Of a stretch of DNA of 58,011 nt, positions 7,733 through 17,282 are shown piece after piece. This DNA comes from a virus (lineage: Duplodnaviria > Caudoviricetes), in the IMG/VR virus record IMGVR_UViG_3300033141_002284, positions 1 through 58,011 of that record. The stretch is one strand, 5' to 3'. Position 1 is the stretch's first letter. Each line of letters opens with the position of its first letter. The position numbers and the translations under genes are program-made. The notes under the pieces were generated by a model, which searched no databases, was not told the DNA's origin, and was given only the letters and a program-made list of their open reading frames with translations.

Positions 7733-8265
7733 ATAGCTTTCTTCCATATTTTATAATTAATAATATCTCCAATATTTGTATTGCTTATTCCGTAAATAAG
7801 TCCTAGCTCTTTTTTAGTTATCCCGCCATCTTTATATCTTTTTCTTATTTCATTGGCTTCTTTCATAGTTAATTTCGCACGTGATGAATTTTGACAATTT
7901 TCCGCATTAGTTACCCAATGGCAATTGGAAGGTTCATAGTTTCCATCATTATCTATCCTATCAATTTGAGCTTTCGCAAATGGTTTAGTACCCATATCTT
8001 TATAAAAATTTTTAAACGAATACAACCAACGATTACACATAGTAATCCCTCTACCGCCATATCTGTGGAATAAACAATAATTTTTATCATAACATCTTAT
8101 TTTTATATTTGCCCAAATTCTATATTCAGGCGTTGCTCGCATACCGTGCCGTTCATATTTTGATATTAATGGATCACCATACTTTTTAAATTTTTGATAA
8201 TGTTTGACACAAAATCCTTTTGCTAAATACTTATTTTCACAGCCTTCAATTGAACACGTTCTCAT
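7729..8265 (-). CDS. HNH homing endonuclease with C-terminal HTH
   Basis: RYGGRGITMC, QIDRIDNDGNYEPSNCHWVT..EN. Confidence 0.88.
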   Translation of the reverse strand: MRTCSIEGCENKYLAKGFCVKHYQKFKKYGDPLISKYERHGMRATPEYRIWANIKIRCYDKNYCLFHRYGGRGITMCNRWLYSFKNFYKDMGTKPFAKAQIDRIDNDGNYEPSNCHWVTNAENCQNSSRAKLTMKEANEIRKRYKDGGITKKELGLIYGISNTNIGDIINYKIWKKAI

Positions 8266-8273
8266 GGTTCACC

Positions 8274-8705
8274 TCAAAACGGAATTTTATCATCTTCAAA
8301 ATCTTCTTCCGCCATAGGTGTAATATCGGGATCAGATGCCACGGACGGAGTATTGCTTGATACACTTTCTTGATTTCTTTTGCCACCAACAAATTGCAAT
8401 TTATCAACCATGATCTTGACTACGCTTCGATTATTTCCATCCTTATCAGTCCATCGATCCTGTTTTAATGATCCCGATATTACAACCTGTTTCCCTTTGA
8501 TCATATATTCAGCCAACGATTCAGCCCGCTTACCAAATATATTACATTGAAAAAACGATACTTCATCTTGCCATTCGTCATTTCTTTTTACGCTTCTGTT
8601 GTTTGCAATCGAAAAGTTAAGAATAGCATATCCATTAGCTGTATATTTAAGCTCAGCATCTCTTACCAATCTAGCCACCAAAATTACATTATTAATATCC
8701 TGCAC
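8274..8705 (-). CDS. ssb: Single-stranded DNA-binding protein
   Basis: INNVILVARLVRDAELKYT, KGKQV.ISG.L, acidic C-terminal DDKIPF. Confidence 0.95.
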   Translation of the reverse strand: MQDINNVILVARLVRDAELKYTANGYAILNFSIANNRSVKRNDEWQDEVSFFQCNIFGKRAESLAEYMIKGKQVVISGSLKQDRWTDKDGNNRSVVKIMVDKLQFVGGKRNQESVSSNTPSVASDPDITPMAEEDFEDDKIPF

Positions 8706-8714
8706 AATATCCTC

Positions 8715-8909
8715 CTATAAATTAAATCTTGTAGCATTCATTTTATTTTCTTGTCTTACAGTCATAACTCCGTCAATACCATAGTCTTTATATCCTTTCT
8801 TTCGTAATCGCTCAGATACTATATATTCTGCTTGAGCAGGCGAATAAGCATGTACTACCGTATTACTTAATTTTACATGATGATAATATACAATATATGG
8901 TTCTTTCAT
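8715..8909 (-). CDS. Hypothetical protein
   Basis: 64-aa ORF in a tightly packed gene run. Confidence 0.5.
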   Translation of the reverse strand: MKEPYIVYYHHVKLSNTVVHAYSPAQAEYIVSERLRKKGYKDYGIDGVMTVRQENKMNATRFNL

Positions 8910-9092
8910 GCTTCATCTATCCGTTTATATATCTCACCTAGTTTATACGATTGCTTAAGCGTCAAATCTTTTCCAGTTTCTAACAATCCATCAACAGATT
9001 CAATAAATCCGATTTCCCAATCATTCAATTTATCTTGCTGATCAATTAACCAATTAGTTTTTTTATCCATTTTTTTCTTGTCTGTTCGCTAA

Positions 9093-9695
9093 TCATCTTC
9101 GTTCCTTAAGATACTTAAACCCATCTATGACCATTTCCCAATGGAGATGATTGCCGGAGCTAATCCCCGTAGAACCCACCAACCCAATGAGTTGTCCCAT
9201 TTTGATAGACTGCCCCTCTTTTACATAACTCTCACTCAAATGGCCGTAAATTGAATACAAACCATCTTCATGTTTTATCGTAATCATACATCCCATAACA
9301 GGATGACCTTTATAAAAAACATGGTTATGCCAGCCTGGCACTAAATAATGCTCTATAACTTCACCTGCTAATACTGCATAAACCGGAGTGCCTTTCGATG
9401 CAGCTAAATCAAGCCCACGGTGTAACCGCTCTGCGCCGCCGCCCATAGGATTGGTACGAATACCCGTAGCCGATGACACCCGGATTTGTTTAACAGGTTG
9501 CGAATAAGGAAGAGGCTTAAGCTGTGTCTTTAAATTAGCTACTACTTGCTCTTTGACTGCCAGCATAGCTTCAAGCTGGATTATCCGAATGCTGTCAGCC
9601 TGTTTGTCAGTCTCAATGTCAAATCGAATACCTAATCCACCAACTATTATTATAGAAAATACAATAATTGGTATTTCTATTTTTATTTTATCCAT
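9093..9695 (-). CDS. Membrane-anchored M23-family peptidase
   Basis: N-terminal TM; HRGLD, YGHL, VGSTG.SSGNHLHWE. Confidence 0.9.
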   Translation of the reverse strand: MDKIKIEIPIIVFSIIIVGGLGIRFDIETDKQADSIRIIQLEAMLAVKEQVVANLKTQLKPLPYSQPVKQIRVSSATGIRTNPMGGGAERLHRGLDLAASKGTPVYAVLAGEVIEHYLVPGWHNHVFYKGHPVMGCMITIKHEDGLYSIYGHLSESYVKEGQSIKMGQLIGLVGSTGISSGNHLHWEMVIDGFKYLKERR

Positions 9696-10242
9696 GTTGT
9701 GCCTCTATTTGATTATCCTTCCATGTCTTATATGTTATTACATTTCCAATTGTCGAAAAATCAACTCCATAGATAAGGCTCAATTTTTTGTATGTTATAT
9801 TTCTTGTTTTATAACTTTCCCTTATTTCTTTGGCTTTTTGCATATTCAATTTAACACATTCTCTGTTTCTTCCATTTTCTGTTGCTGTAGCCCAATGGCA
9901 GTTCTCTTTATAATATCCTTTATTATTATCTATCCGATCAATTTGTGCTTTTGGAAAGGGTTTTGGCCCCATATCTTTAAAAAAAGCTATAAAACTATTC
10001 TTCCATTTATCACATACCATAATCCCACGCCCACCATAGCGACGATATAAATGATAATTACTATTATAACATCTTTGTTTTATACGAGCCCAAGCATAAT
10101 ATTCTGAAGTATCTTTCATGCCATGTTTTTCAGCTTTTTTAAAAAATGGATCGCCATGTTTCCATAGTCTCAAATAATGCTTTCTGCACAATCCTTTGGC
10201 TTTATGTTTATTTTCGCATCCTTCTATTTTGCAGATTCTCAT
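9688..10242 (-). CDS. HNH homing endonuclease (paralog of 7729-8265)
   Basis: Start re-set to MRICKIEGC by alignment with the paralog; RYGGRGI, QIDRIDNNKGY..ENCHWAT. Confidence 0.85.
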   Translation of the reverse strand: MRICKIEGCENKHKAKGLCRKHYLRLWKHGDPFFKKAEKHGMKDTSEYYAWARIKQRCYNSNYHLYRRYGGRGIMVCDKWKNSFIAFFKDMGPKPFPKAQIDRIDNNKGYYKENCHWATATENGRNRECVKLNMQKAKEIRESYKTRNITYKKLSLIYGVDFSTIGNVITYKTWKDNQIEAQHG

Positions 10243-10341
10243 AATACGTCCTACGTCCTGTAGTTTAGTCGGTTTGGGGGAGAAGGACGTATTACTCCCC
10301 CCAAGCTGCCGCCTGCCGACTGTTATATTATGCATTATCTG

Positions 10342-10806
10342 TTATCCTTTGTCAAGCTCAGCCTTGAGCCGCTTTATCTCATCCAATCCATAATCCCTAT
10401 CACTCTCCATTAGTTTAAATCTGTCCTCACATTCGGAGTTGTTTTCTTTTAGCTCGGCTATCTCAGCCATCAGCCAATCAAACAGCACCCCTAGATCTGG
10501 TAGAGCATTATGATTACCGGTTGCCTCTTGCCACATTTTCTCTGCCCTTTTTGTACGTTTCCGCTGCATAGCAAAGAGAACGTTTAATTCCTTGTTCTCA
10601 GTTACCTTGAGCTGTTCAAAATCTTCTGATTGTGCTAATTGCATTTCCAGCATCGTATAATTATCATCAGCTATTTGTAGTTTTCGCTGTGCTATCTCAA
10701 TCTCTGATATGAGCCATGCTATATTATTTTTGACTGACCATTCAGCCTTTAATACATAGTTCCCTTTCAACCATTTTTTTATTTCTGCTATTCTATGTTC
10801 ACTCAT
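10342..10806 (-). CDS. Hypothetical coiled-coil protein
   Basis: 154-aa ORF. Confidence 0.6.
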   Translation of the reverse strand: MSEHRIAEIKKWLKGNYVLKAEWSVKNNIAWLISEIEIAQRKLQIADDNYTMLEMQLAQSEDFEQLKVTENKELNVLFAMQRKRTKRAEKMWQEATGNHNALPDLGVLFDWLMAEIAELKENNSECEDRFKLMESDRDYGLDEIKRLKAELDKG

Positions 10807-11070
10807 CTTTATTCTTCTCCCCTATTCCCCACCAACAATTACTACAGTAACGGCGACCATCTATTTCATGCGTATTTGACAAAGCCACTTCCTTTTTGCA
10901 TTTGTAACAGCGAATATCTACATATAAAATAGCATCTAATATATTTATCATTCGTTCTTCACTCATCTTCGCCCTCCCGAAATACTATTTCTGTTGTTTT
11001 AGATACAAATAAAAATATTGCTGGCAAAAACCAAAATGCAATTTCTCCAGAATCACAATCGCTATTCGCT

Positions 11071-11289
11071 CTAATCTTCATATTTTCTCCCCCACAGATT
11101 CAAGAAATTTATTGTTGCCTTATTTGCTATCTCATGTATGTCCTGTCTGTTTTTATAGCGTTTTATATTCCTTGCATATTCATCTTTGAACGCCATCGCT
11201 ATGTTTGCCTGATAGGCATAAAAAAGACTATCGTCATCTTTAATCGCCTTTGTTATTGTTTCTACCGCTTTTGCTATCTGATCACTCAT
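11071..11289 (-). CDS. Hypothetical phage protein
   Basis: YAYQANIAMAFKDE; GGAGG SD. Confidence 0.6.
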   Translation of the reverse strand: MSDQIAKAVETITKAIKDDDSLFYAYQANIAMAFKDEYARNIKRYKNRQDIHEIANKATINFLNLWGRKYED

Positions 11290-11537
11290 CTCTATCCTCC
11301 AATGCTTTCATGTATTCATCTGCCTGCCAATCGTAAAAATACCATGAACAAGAAAACCTAAATTAAATGCCAGCACTGCTATTATTATAGCTATCCAAAT
11401 AGGGATCATTTCTTTATCTCCTTTTTAGGATATAATATCGGCGGTGGCCCAGTGGATTGTTGTTCATCCAGTTTATCAATAAGAGCTTTCAAATATAAAT
11501 ATACTTCTCCGACGGCTTTTATTTTCATAATCTTTCC

Positions 11538-12353
11538 TTAAAATAATCCGTAATCGCTATCTTCAGCTATATCCAGTCTTGCTTTTCCCCCTGATTCTCT
11601 CTGCGATAATTTTTCCTTTTTTTGCTCTAAACCAGATACTCCTGCCCGTTCCCATGCAGCCGTTACTTTCGGTTCTATAATTGGATATTCCTCAATCGTT
11701 TCTATCCATCCATTAGGATGTTGTGTCATAATATGTACTTCAGTGCTTAAACGCATACGGTTCCAATCTTCATCGCTTCCACCAGCACCAACTGATACGA
11801 TGTGTATCATCTGCCCTTCATCTGCTAATAACGGTTTTAAAGAAGCTTCACAATAAGGATGCGCTAATTTATAATCAGCCATATTTCGATAACTGCCTTC
11901 AAGCGGATCGGATTCCTGCTCATATCGCCATGTTGTCCAGAGACAATAAATATCTCTGACATCAACATCCTTTTCGTAACATTCAGAAATAGTATATTCA
12001 AGCACTTTTGACATTTCCCGAATACTTAAATCTGCACTACTTTTCATTCCATTATCAGGATAGCAATTGAATTTGATACCTTTATGAATATTATCTTTTC
12101 CGCAATTTTGTTTCATAGCTAATCGATTAATGAGTTCTTGATATAATCCCCATTGGCTGGTGGTTTTCTTTTTGTACCAAATCCCCATTTCAATTTCTAA
12201 TAGTTTTTCCTTGCCGGTTTTATCTTCATATTCTTTTTTCTTTTTTAAGAACTCGCTAACCCATTCTATTTCTTTTGGATCGACTAAATCTAAAATTACC
12301 CTACCGTTAACACCGCTCTTGATATGTGCTGCTATAAATTTAACCTTCATCAT
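11538..12353 (-). CDS. Putative HNHc/NinB-like recombination-associated protein
   Basis: SSADLSIREMSKVLEY (NinB-like) and degenerate HIVSVGAGG..D..N...L..EVH...H. Confidence 0.5.
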   Translation of the reverse strand: MMKVKFIAAHIKSGVNGRVILDLVDPKEIEWVSEFLKKKKEYEDKTGKEKLLEIEMGIWYKKKTTSQWGLYQELINRLAMKQNCGKDNIHKGIKFNCYPDNGMKSSADLSIREMSKVLEYTISECYEKDVDVRDIYCLWTTWRYEQESDPLEGSYRNMADYKLAHPYCEASLKPLLADEGQMIHIVSVGAGGSDEDWNRMRLSTEVHIMTQHPNGWIETIEEYPIIEPKVTAAWERAGVSGLEQKKEKLSQRESGGKARLDIAEDSDYGLF

Positions 12354-12910
12354 CCGCCTTTCCAGTGATAAATGCTCAGTGCTGCTAAAAAAGCATTTCG
12401 ATCTGTTGGCTGATTCTGTTCAACCAGCTTCGGCATACTCCCATCCTTTTTTAAGTATAAGTCATAAAGTTTATATTTTTCCGGCTTATCCTGTAATAGT
12501 TGATAGCCGTATAAAGCCACCCCGTCGATTTTAGTAGGCACTCCCGATTTAAGATCTAGAATAAAAGCCTGTTTACCTATAAATCCAAGCCGATCTGGAG
12601 TACCGCAATAATCGTACTTTTCGTTATATTGTCTTTGTTCAATCTGATAATAAAACGGATTATATAGTTCCAAATATTTGATATAAGAATTAAAGTATCC
12701 CTGGTATTCTGGTTTGACTTCTCCTAATCGATTTTCGTCATAAAATTGACAGATCAAATGAATATTTGTTCCCCTTATTCCGTATTTCGCAGGCCCCCGG
12801 AACGGGCGTATTAAACCCGCTCCGGTTATAATCTCATTAACTCCAGGCTTTTTTTTGCCATCGACTTTATAAATATGTTCTTCTTCTTCAAATTCAATGA
12901 TGTGTTTCAT
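12350..12910 (-). CDS. PD-(D/E)XK (Cas4-like) exonuclease
   Basis: RGTNIH, E.R......YCGTPDR, ILDLKSG. Confidence 0.8.
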   Translation of the reverse strand: MKHIIEFEEEEHIYKVDGKKKPGVNEIITGAGLIRPFRGPAKYGIRGTNIHLICQFYDENRLGEVKPEYQGYFNSYIKYLELYNPFYYQIEQRQYNEKYDYCGTPDRLGFIGKQAFILDLKSGVPTKIDGVALYGYQLLQDKPEKYKLYDLYLKKDGSMPKLVEQNQPTDRNAFLAALSIYHWKGG

Positions 12911-13617
12911 ATTGCTTTAGTATCCGCATAAGCTTCAATTCCGCCGACCACCTCATTGGCGTCTTTTTTTAATGCGGTTACTGTCCGATTAATCTTGACC
13001 ACATCCAGCATTAAGAATTCCCGCTTGACTTTTAATGGATTAATAACCCGATATTTCCAGGTTGTCCGCATCTGCACACCGCTTTTTTTCATTTCTTTAG
13101 CGATGTTTCTTTCCGGTATTATGATCTCTTGCGCTCTTACTTCTTCGGCCATATTGAGAGATTGTTCTGCACCTTCTATATCACCGGCTTTTTCCAATCT
13201 TTCGGCTTCTCGAAGTCTTGCAGCTTCTTCTTTTGCTCTACGCTCTTCCTCTTCTTTACGGAGTTTAGCCTGGCGTTTTCTTTCCTCTTCTTCTTTCTTG
13301 CGCTTTTCGGCCAACATATAATCAGTAAGTTTTTTCTGAATTATCGACTTATTATTTTCAAAAGGCGCAAGATTCTCTTTCAGTTTTGCAACCGCTTTTT
13401 TATGCAATTGGTGCGCATCGCTTACCAGTTCATCAAAAGCCTCATGTACCAATACAATAAACTTTTGATTTTCCTGCTTTAAAACAATAGCGGCTTCTTG
13501 TGTTATTTCATCGGTAATTTTTATAGCTTGGATTTCTTGTGTTATGCTATCGCCCTTACCAATCAATCCCTGTTCTGCGCTTACAATGTCTTTAGATGCA
13601 ATCATTAAATTATTCAT
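12907..13617 (-). CDS. Coiled-coil phage protein of the recombination module
   Basis: E/K/R-rich core; C-terminal RTTWKYRVINPLKVKREFLMLDVVKI...GGIEAY. Confidence 0.7.
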   Translation of the reverse strand: MNNLMIASKDIVSAEQGLIGKGDSITQEIQAIKITDEITQEAAIVLKQENQKFIVLVHEAFDELVSDAHQLHKKAVAKLKENLAPFENNKSIIQKKLTDYMLAEKRKKEEEERKRQAKLRKEEEERRAKEEAARLREAERLEKAGDIEGAEQSLNMAEEVRAQEIIIPERNIAKEMKKSGVQMRTTWKYRVINPLKVKREFLMLDVVKINRTVTALKKDANEVVGGIEAYADTKAI

Positions 13618-13620
13618 TCT

Positions 13621-14466
13621 TTATTCTCCTTTATTTGTTTTTTTGATTAATGTTTTAGCCTGCCGCTCTATACTTTCAAGTAAAGCTTTTAAAGCCGCAA
13701 CATTTCCAGATTTATTTAATTCCGCTACTTTGTTTGTCAATATATTCCGCTGATTCGACGGAAAAAGATTCGCTCTATTCAGCCAGTTCAAAGCCTCGTC
13801 CACCATGGTATCAATAGATTTCTCTTCTTTTGGCGGTTTAATTTTCGGCTTTGGCGGAGCAGTCAGCCTTTCGCCTTCCGGCATACCCTCATCTATTTCT
13901 CTACCATCGATATCTTCTTCGCCAGTCATAATCCCAAAAGCATTACAAAAAGCATAGCGCTTTGAATATGTTTGTGCTGTCGCTACTTTTTGTGCTGCAT
14001 TCATATAGGCTTTGGGATCAATTGGAACCATAAAATCTGTTGACTCAGAATGTCCAGAAACATGATGAACTTCACAAATTGCTTTAAATGCTAAGTCTGT
14101 TTGCTCTGTTTTAATAATATATGAAAAACCGCACTCTTCTAATGGTTCCTGGACGGCTTTTACAATCGTATCTAAAGAAGCGTATCGATATCGTAATTCT
14201 CCATCTCTATCCCTTACATCTCGACTTTTAATAATTATCGGACATAATTTTTGAAACTTTGCTAAAGCCATGAAATAATCATCTCTGGCCGCTTCCGCTT
14301 TAAGTTCCCGCCTCATAGCTAACAGCTTCTCCATAGTTTCAACTGGCAATCCGTTTTCAATAGCCTTTGTTATCAACATTTCAGGATTAACCGAAACTAT
14401 GTTTTTTTTCTGCTTGACAATTCCTTTTTTATTTGGCGCTAATTTTTTAACTTTACCCTCTTCCAT
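13621..14466 (-). CDS. ERF-family single-strand annealing protein
   Basis: YRYASLDTI, HVSGHSES, QKVATAQTYSKRYAF..FGI.TGEEDIDG. Confidence 0.88.
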   Translation of the reverse strand: MEEGKVKKLAPNKKGIVKQKKNIVSVNPEMLITKAIENGLPVETMEKLLAMRRELKAEAARDDYFMALAKFQKLCPIIIKSRDVRDRDGELRYRYASLDTIVKAVQEPLEECGFSYIIKTEQTDLAFKAICEVHHVSGHSESTDFMVPIDPKAYMNAAQKVATAQTYSKRYAFCNAFGIMTGEEDIDGREIDEGMPEGERLTAPPKPKIKPPKEEKSIDTMVDEALNWLNRANLFPSNQRNILTNKVAELNKSGNVAALKALLESIERQAKTLIKKTNKGE

Positions 14467-14485
14467 GATTACCTCCATAAAATGC

Positions 14486-14514
14486 ATTGTAACATAAACT
14501 CAAATATTTGTAAA
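14486..14514 (-). promoter_or_regulatory. Sigma70-type promoter for the recombination operon
   Basis: TTTACA-17 bp-TACAAT; upstream AAAAACTAC shared with the promoter at 6336-6364. Confidence 0.7.
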
Positions 14515-14539
14515 GTAGTTTTTAACTATATTCGCAAAT

Positions 14540-14567
14540 AAAAAAGCCCTGGATTTCTCCAGAGCTT
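14540..14567 (-). terminator. Intrinsic terminator
   Basis: AAGCTCTGGA GAAA TCCAGGGCTT TTTT. Confidence 0.75.
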
Positions 14568-14590
14568 AATTGTAAACAGATTTTACAATT
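14568..14590. repeat. Dispersed palindrome copy
   Basis: aattgtaaa cagat tttacaatt. Confidence 0.75.
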
Positions 14591-14922
14591 TAACAATACC
14601 TTGAATTGGTTGCTGTTATCGGCACATAATCTTTAAGCGTACTGTCAAGTCCATCTAACATGCTGATAGAATTTTCCAATTCAATTCTATCGACAACATC
14701 AACCGTGCGCTGTAATCTGCTTTTTAAGATATTTTTATTTATCTCAATGGAATTCATCATATTTTGTTTATCTCCCTTTTGTTAATTTCTAAAAATGTTG
14801 CCCAGATAAAAGACAATCCTAAATCGGAATAAACATTATCGCCGATATGAATGAGAATATTCTTTACTGCCCATTCATGCCGTCTTTCTGTAGCCCGGGC
14901 ATAATGAATAAAAACGCCATTT

Positions 14923-15279
14923 CTACGAATTGTTATTATCTTCATTTTGTCCGCCTTCTGCCTTTGCAATAGCTTTTTCATTTGTATAAATAGCACCATC
15001 AAGCATATCAATCGCCATGCTGCCTATAGTAGTTCTCAATCCATAAAATGTAGATATATGTTTCATTATATCTAGGGCAGTTTTACACGCTGCAATCAAC
15101 TCAGGTACTGCCGCTATTGCATTAGCATCAGCCATTACAGTTTTTTCTATTTCGGGATTCAATCCATCAGTCCAGCGCATTACACATATTTGAGAAAAAG
15201 GATTATCCCATCTTATTACTAATCCTATAGAATCTTGTTTTTCCACAATCCACGGCCCTGGTGTATGTTTCGTTTTCAT
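14923..15279 (-). CDS. Conserved small phage protein (KHTPGPW family)
   Basis: MKTKHTPGPW...ANAIAAVPELIAAC...AIAKAEG. Confidence 0.75.
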   Translation of the reverse strand: MKTKHTPGPWIVEKQDSIGLVIRWDNPFSQICVMRWTDGLNPEIEKTVMADANAIAAVPELIAACKTALDIMKHISTFYGLRTTIGSMAIDMLDGAIYTNEKAIAKAEGGQNEDNNNS

Positions 15280-15926
15280 TTTACCCTCCCCGGCAAATCA
15301 ATAAATCCATGATCTGGCCCTTGAATGCTGATGACCCTACCATCAGGAAATCTGCGATTTATTCCGATTTTAGCGGCCTTAATAGCGGCATCATTACTCG
15401 ATGCATACAGAAAGAACGATCTCATTTTTCGACTTCTTTTAGTCGGCAAAAAACTTACCTTGTATTTTTCCATTTTCTTCTCCTTACAAATTTTTCGTAA
15501 TAACTCTGGTACTGCCAGACTTATCATTATACCAGAAAATCAATGCCCCTTCTTCTTCAGTAAAACAATTCTTAAATTGCATCCCATCGCAAGAAAATAT
15601 ATTACCATGCTTTTTAATAGCTTCATCTATCAGGGTCTGTTTAATTTCTTCCAATTTTTAACCTCCTTTTATTTAATCAAGTTACTTCCAATATTTGATA
15701 CAATAAATTAATGTACCACCAGCTACATAACGATATGTATGTATGCAAAACCCATGTTGACTAAACCATGCTATTGCATGATCCCTTTTTAACTCATTAA
15801 AAAAGTATTTAATTAATTCCATTTCAATCCCCCTATAATTTATTAAAGCTTAAAAGATTTACTCGACGCCTAGTTGCCTAGGCGCCAATAAAACCATTAA
15901 TCTTTCGACATCGATTTGATACGATA

Positions 15927-16121
15927 TTAGCTGTTGCAAAACATTTCCCAGTAATGATTAGTGATCTCATGCCCGTTTTCATCAAACAATCCACCACCGA
16001 CACCAGAGACCTGTTCCTGCCAATCAAGTTCAACATCATCAGGTAGATTTTCTGATAACCATTCCCGATATTCTGCTGCCTCATCTCCACAATTTCCATC
16101 CAATACTACTAATGTTTTCAT
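15927..16121 (-). CDS. Hypothetical protein
   Basis: Start MKTLVVLD after GGAGG SD, downstream of repeat element. Confidence 0.6.
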   Translation of the reverse strand: MKTLVVLDGNCGDEAAEYREWLSENLPDDVELDWQEQVSGVGGGLFDENGHEITNHYWEMFCNS

Positions 16122-16149
16122 ACAATTCCCTCCTAATATTTTCTCAGGT

Positions 16150-16201
16150 CTAACAGACCGCCAAACGGCTCCAATTGGGGAGCCGTCCAGTAGGATGTTA
16201 G
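16150..16201 (-). repeat. Structured intergenic repeat, copy 1
   Basis: CTAACATCCTACTGGACGGCTC-loop-GAGCCGTTTGGCGG..TGTTAG; second copy at 16525-16577. Confidence 0.8.
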
Positions 16202-16494
16202 CAAATCGCCGGAGAATTGATTGCCTCCATCGGGGATTGTGCCACCAATGTATTTCTGAGAATATATCCATAATTACCGCCTAATTTCTCAGACAGAAAA
16301 TTGGTAAATGGTGCAGTATCCTCTGGGTCAAACCAAACGGATTTTTCTATATCGAGTACTGCTATGCAACTATTATGGTTTTTTGCATATTGATAAACAG
16401 CATCAAATTCAAATGGCTTCCCCATTGATACCCCCGCATACATAGCGTGGATGTAAAAATCCTCATCTTGTTCTAGATCATGATATTTAATCAT
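16198..16494 (-). CDS. Hypothetical protein
   Basis: 98-aa ORF between the two repeat copies, with SD. Confidence 0.55.
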   Translation of the reverse strand: MIKYHDLEQDEDFYIHAMYAGVSMGKPFEFDAVYQYAKNHNSCIAVLDIEKSVWFDPEDTAPFTNFLSEKLGGNYGYILRNTLVAQSPMEAINSPAIC

Positions 16495-16524
16495 TCCCTT
16501 TCCTCCTAATTTTTTTCATCAGAC

Positions 16525-16577
16525 CTAACAGGCCCGCCAAACGGCTCTGACTTGAGAGCCGTCCAGTAGGATGTTAG
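16525..16577 (-). repeat. Structured intergenic repeat, copy 2
   Basis: Near-identical to 16150-16201 except the hairpin loop. Confidence 0.8.
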
Positions 16578-16584
16578 ATGATCC

Positions 16585-16788
16585 TCAATATGAATCCTGA
16601 TGCCGTGCACATAGATATGATCCTGCACCACATATCCATACGGCTCCAGCGACGCCACATATGGCGCATTTGCCACGATGTTCTGGATCGGCGTCTGGTT
16701 TATATATTTCTCCATCAACCACTTTCCCGCCAGCCAAAACCGGATCAATTCCATATTTTGCTAAAATATCCTTTTGTCTTTCGGTCAT
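16585..16788 (-). CDS. Small Zn-binding protein, first gene after strong promoter
   Basis: CAICG...C....LCARH; AAGGAGG SD. Confidence 0.6.
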   Translation of the reverse strand: MTERQKDILAKYGIDPVLAGGKVVDGEIYKPDADPEHRGKCAICGVAGAVWICGAGSYLCARHQDSY

Positions 16789-16821
16789 TCTGTCCTCCTT
16801 GTTAATCTTGATCATACCTTA

Positions 16822-16850
16822 AATATAGCATATCCAATATTACCTGTCAA
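16822..16850 (-). promoter_or_regulatory. Strong sigma70-type (probably early) promoter
   Basis: TTGACA-17 bp-TATATT with TG and A-rich UP region. Confidence 0.75.
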
Positions 16851-17237
16851 GTATTTTTTACCTATCAAAGTAAAAAAGTGAGAAAAAATGAAAAAATATC
16901 GAATTTATACTAAACATATTGATAGTATTATGTGCTTATCACTATAAAATTAAATATATCTTTTTGCATGTCTACATATCCTGCTATTATCCAAATTTTG
17001 AGTCCATATCCGCCCTATACATTGCCTGAGGATCGCCATACAGCCTTCTTTGATAAGCACTTGATACTAATATACCTTGCCTATTTCGGCCGTTTTTAGA
17101 GTATGATTGTATCTATTTATGGTATATAGAGATAGATAGCAGCTTTTTTGAAAGTTCTTATTACAGCCTGTTTTTCGCCTATGCTTTGTATCTCTATACA
17201 TGGTAAGTAGATAGGGCTATAGGTATTTTGCAGTTTT

Positions 17238-17261
17238 ATTGTAAACTACCACTTTACGATT
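17238..17261. repeat. Dispersed palindrome copy (7-bp spacer)
   Basis: attgtaaa ctaccac tttacgatt. Confidence 0.55.
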
Positions 17262-17282
17262 TAAAGAGCCCGTATATCGCCG

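Noticed and set aside
12350-12910. Cas4 of a CRISPR system
   Set aside because: Lacks the four-Cys cluster and sits with ERF in a standard phage recombination module
15850-15926. Twister or pistol ribozyme
   Set aside because: UAA and GAGU are present, but I could not find the required pseudoknot pairings; kept only as an unassigned structure
16516-16522. Hammerhead ribozyme core CUGAUGA
   Set aside because: No stem II followed by GAAA, and absent from the other repeat copy
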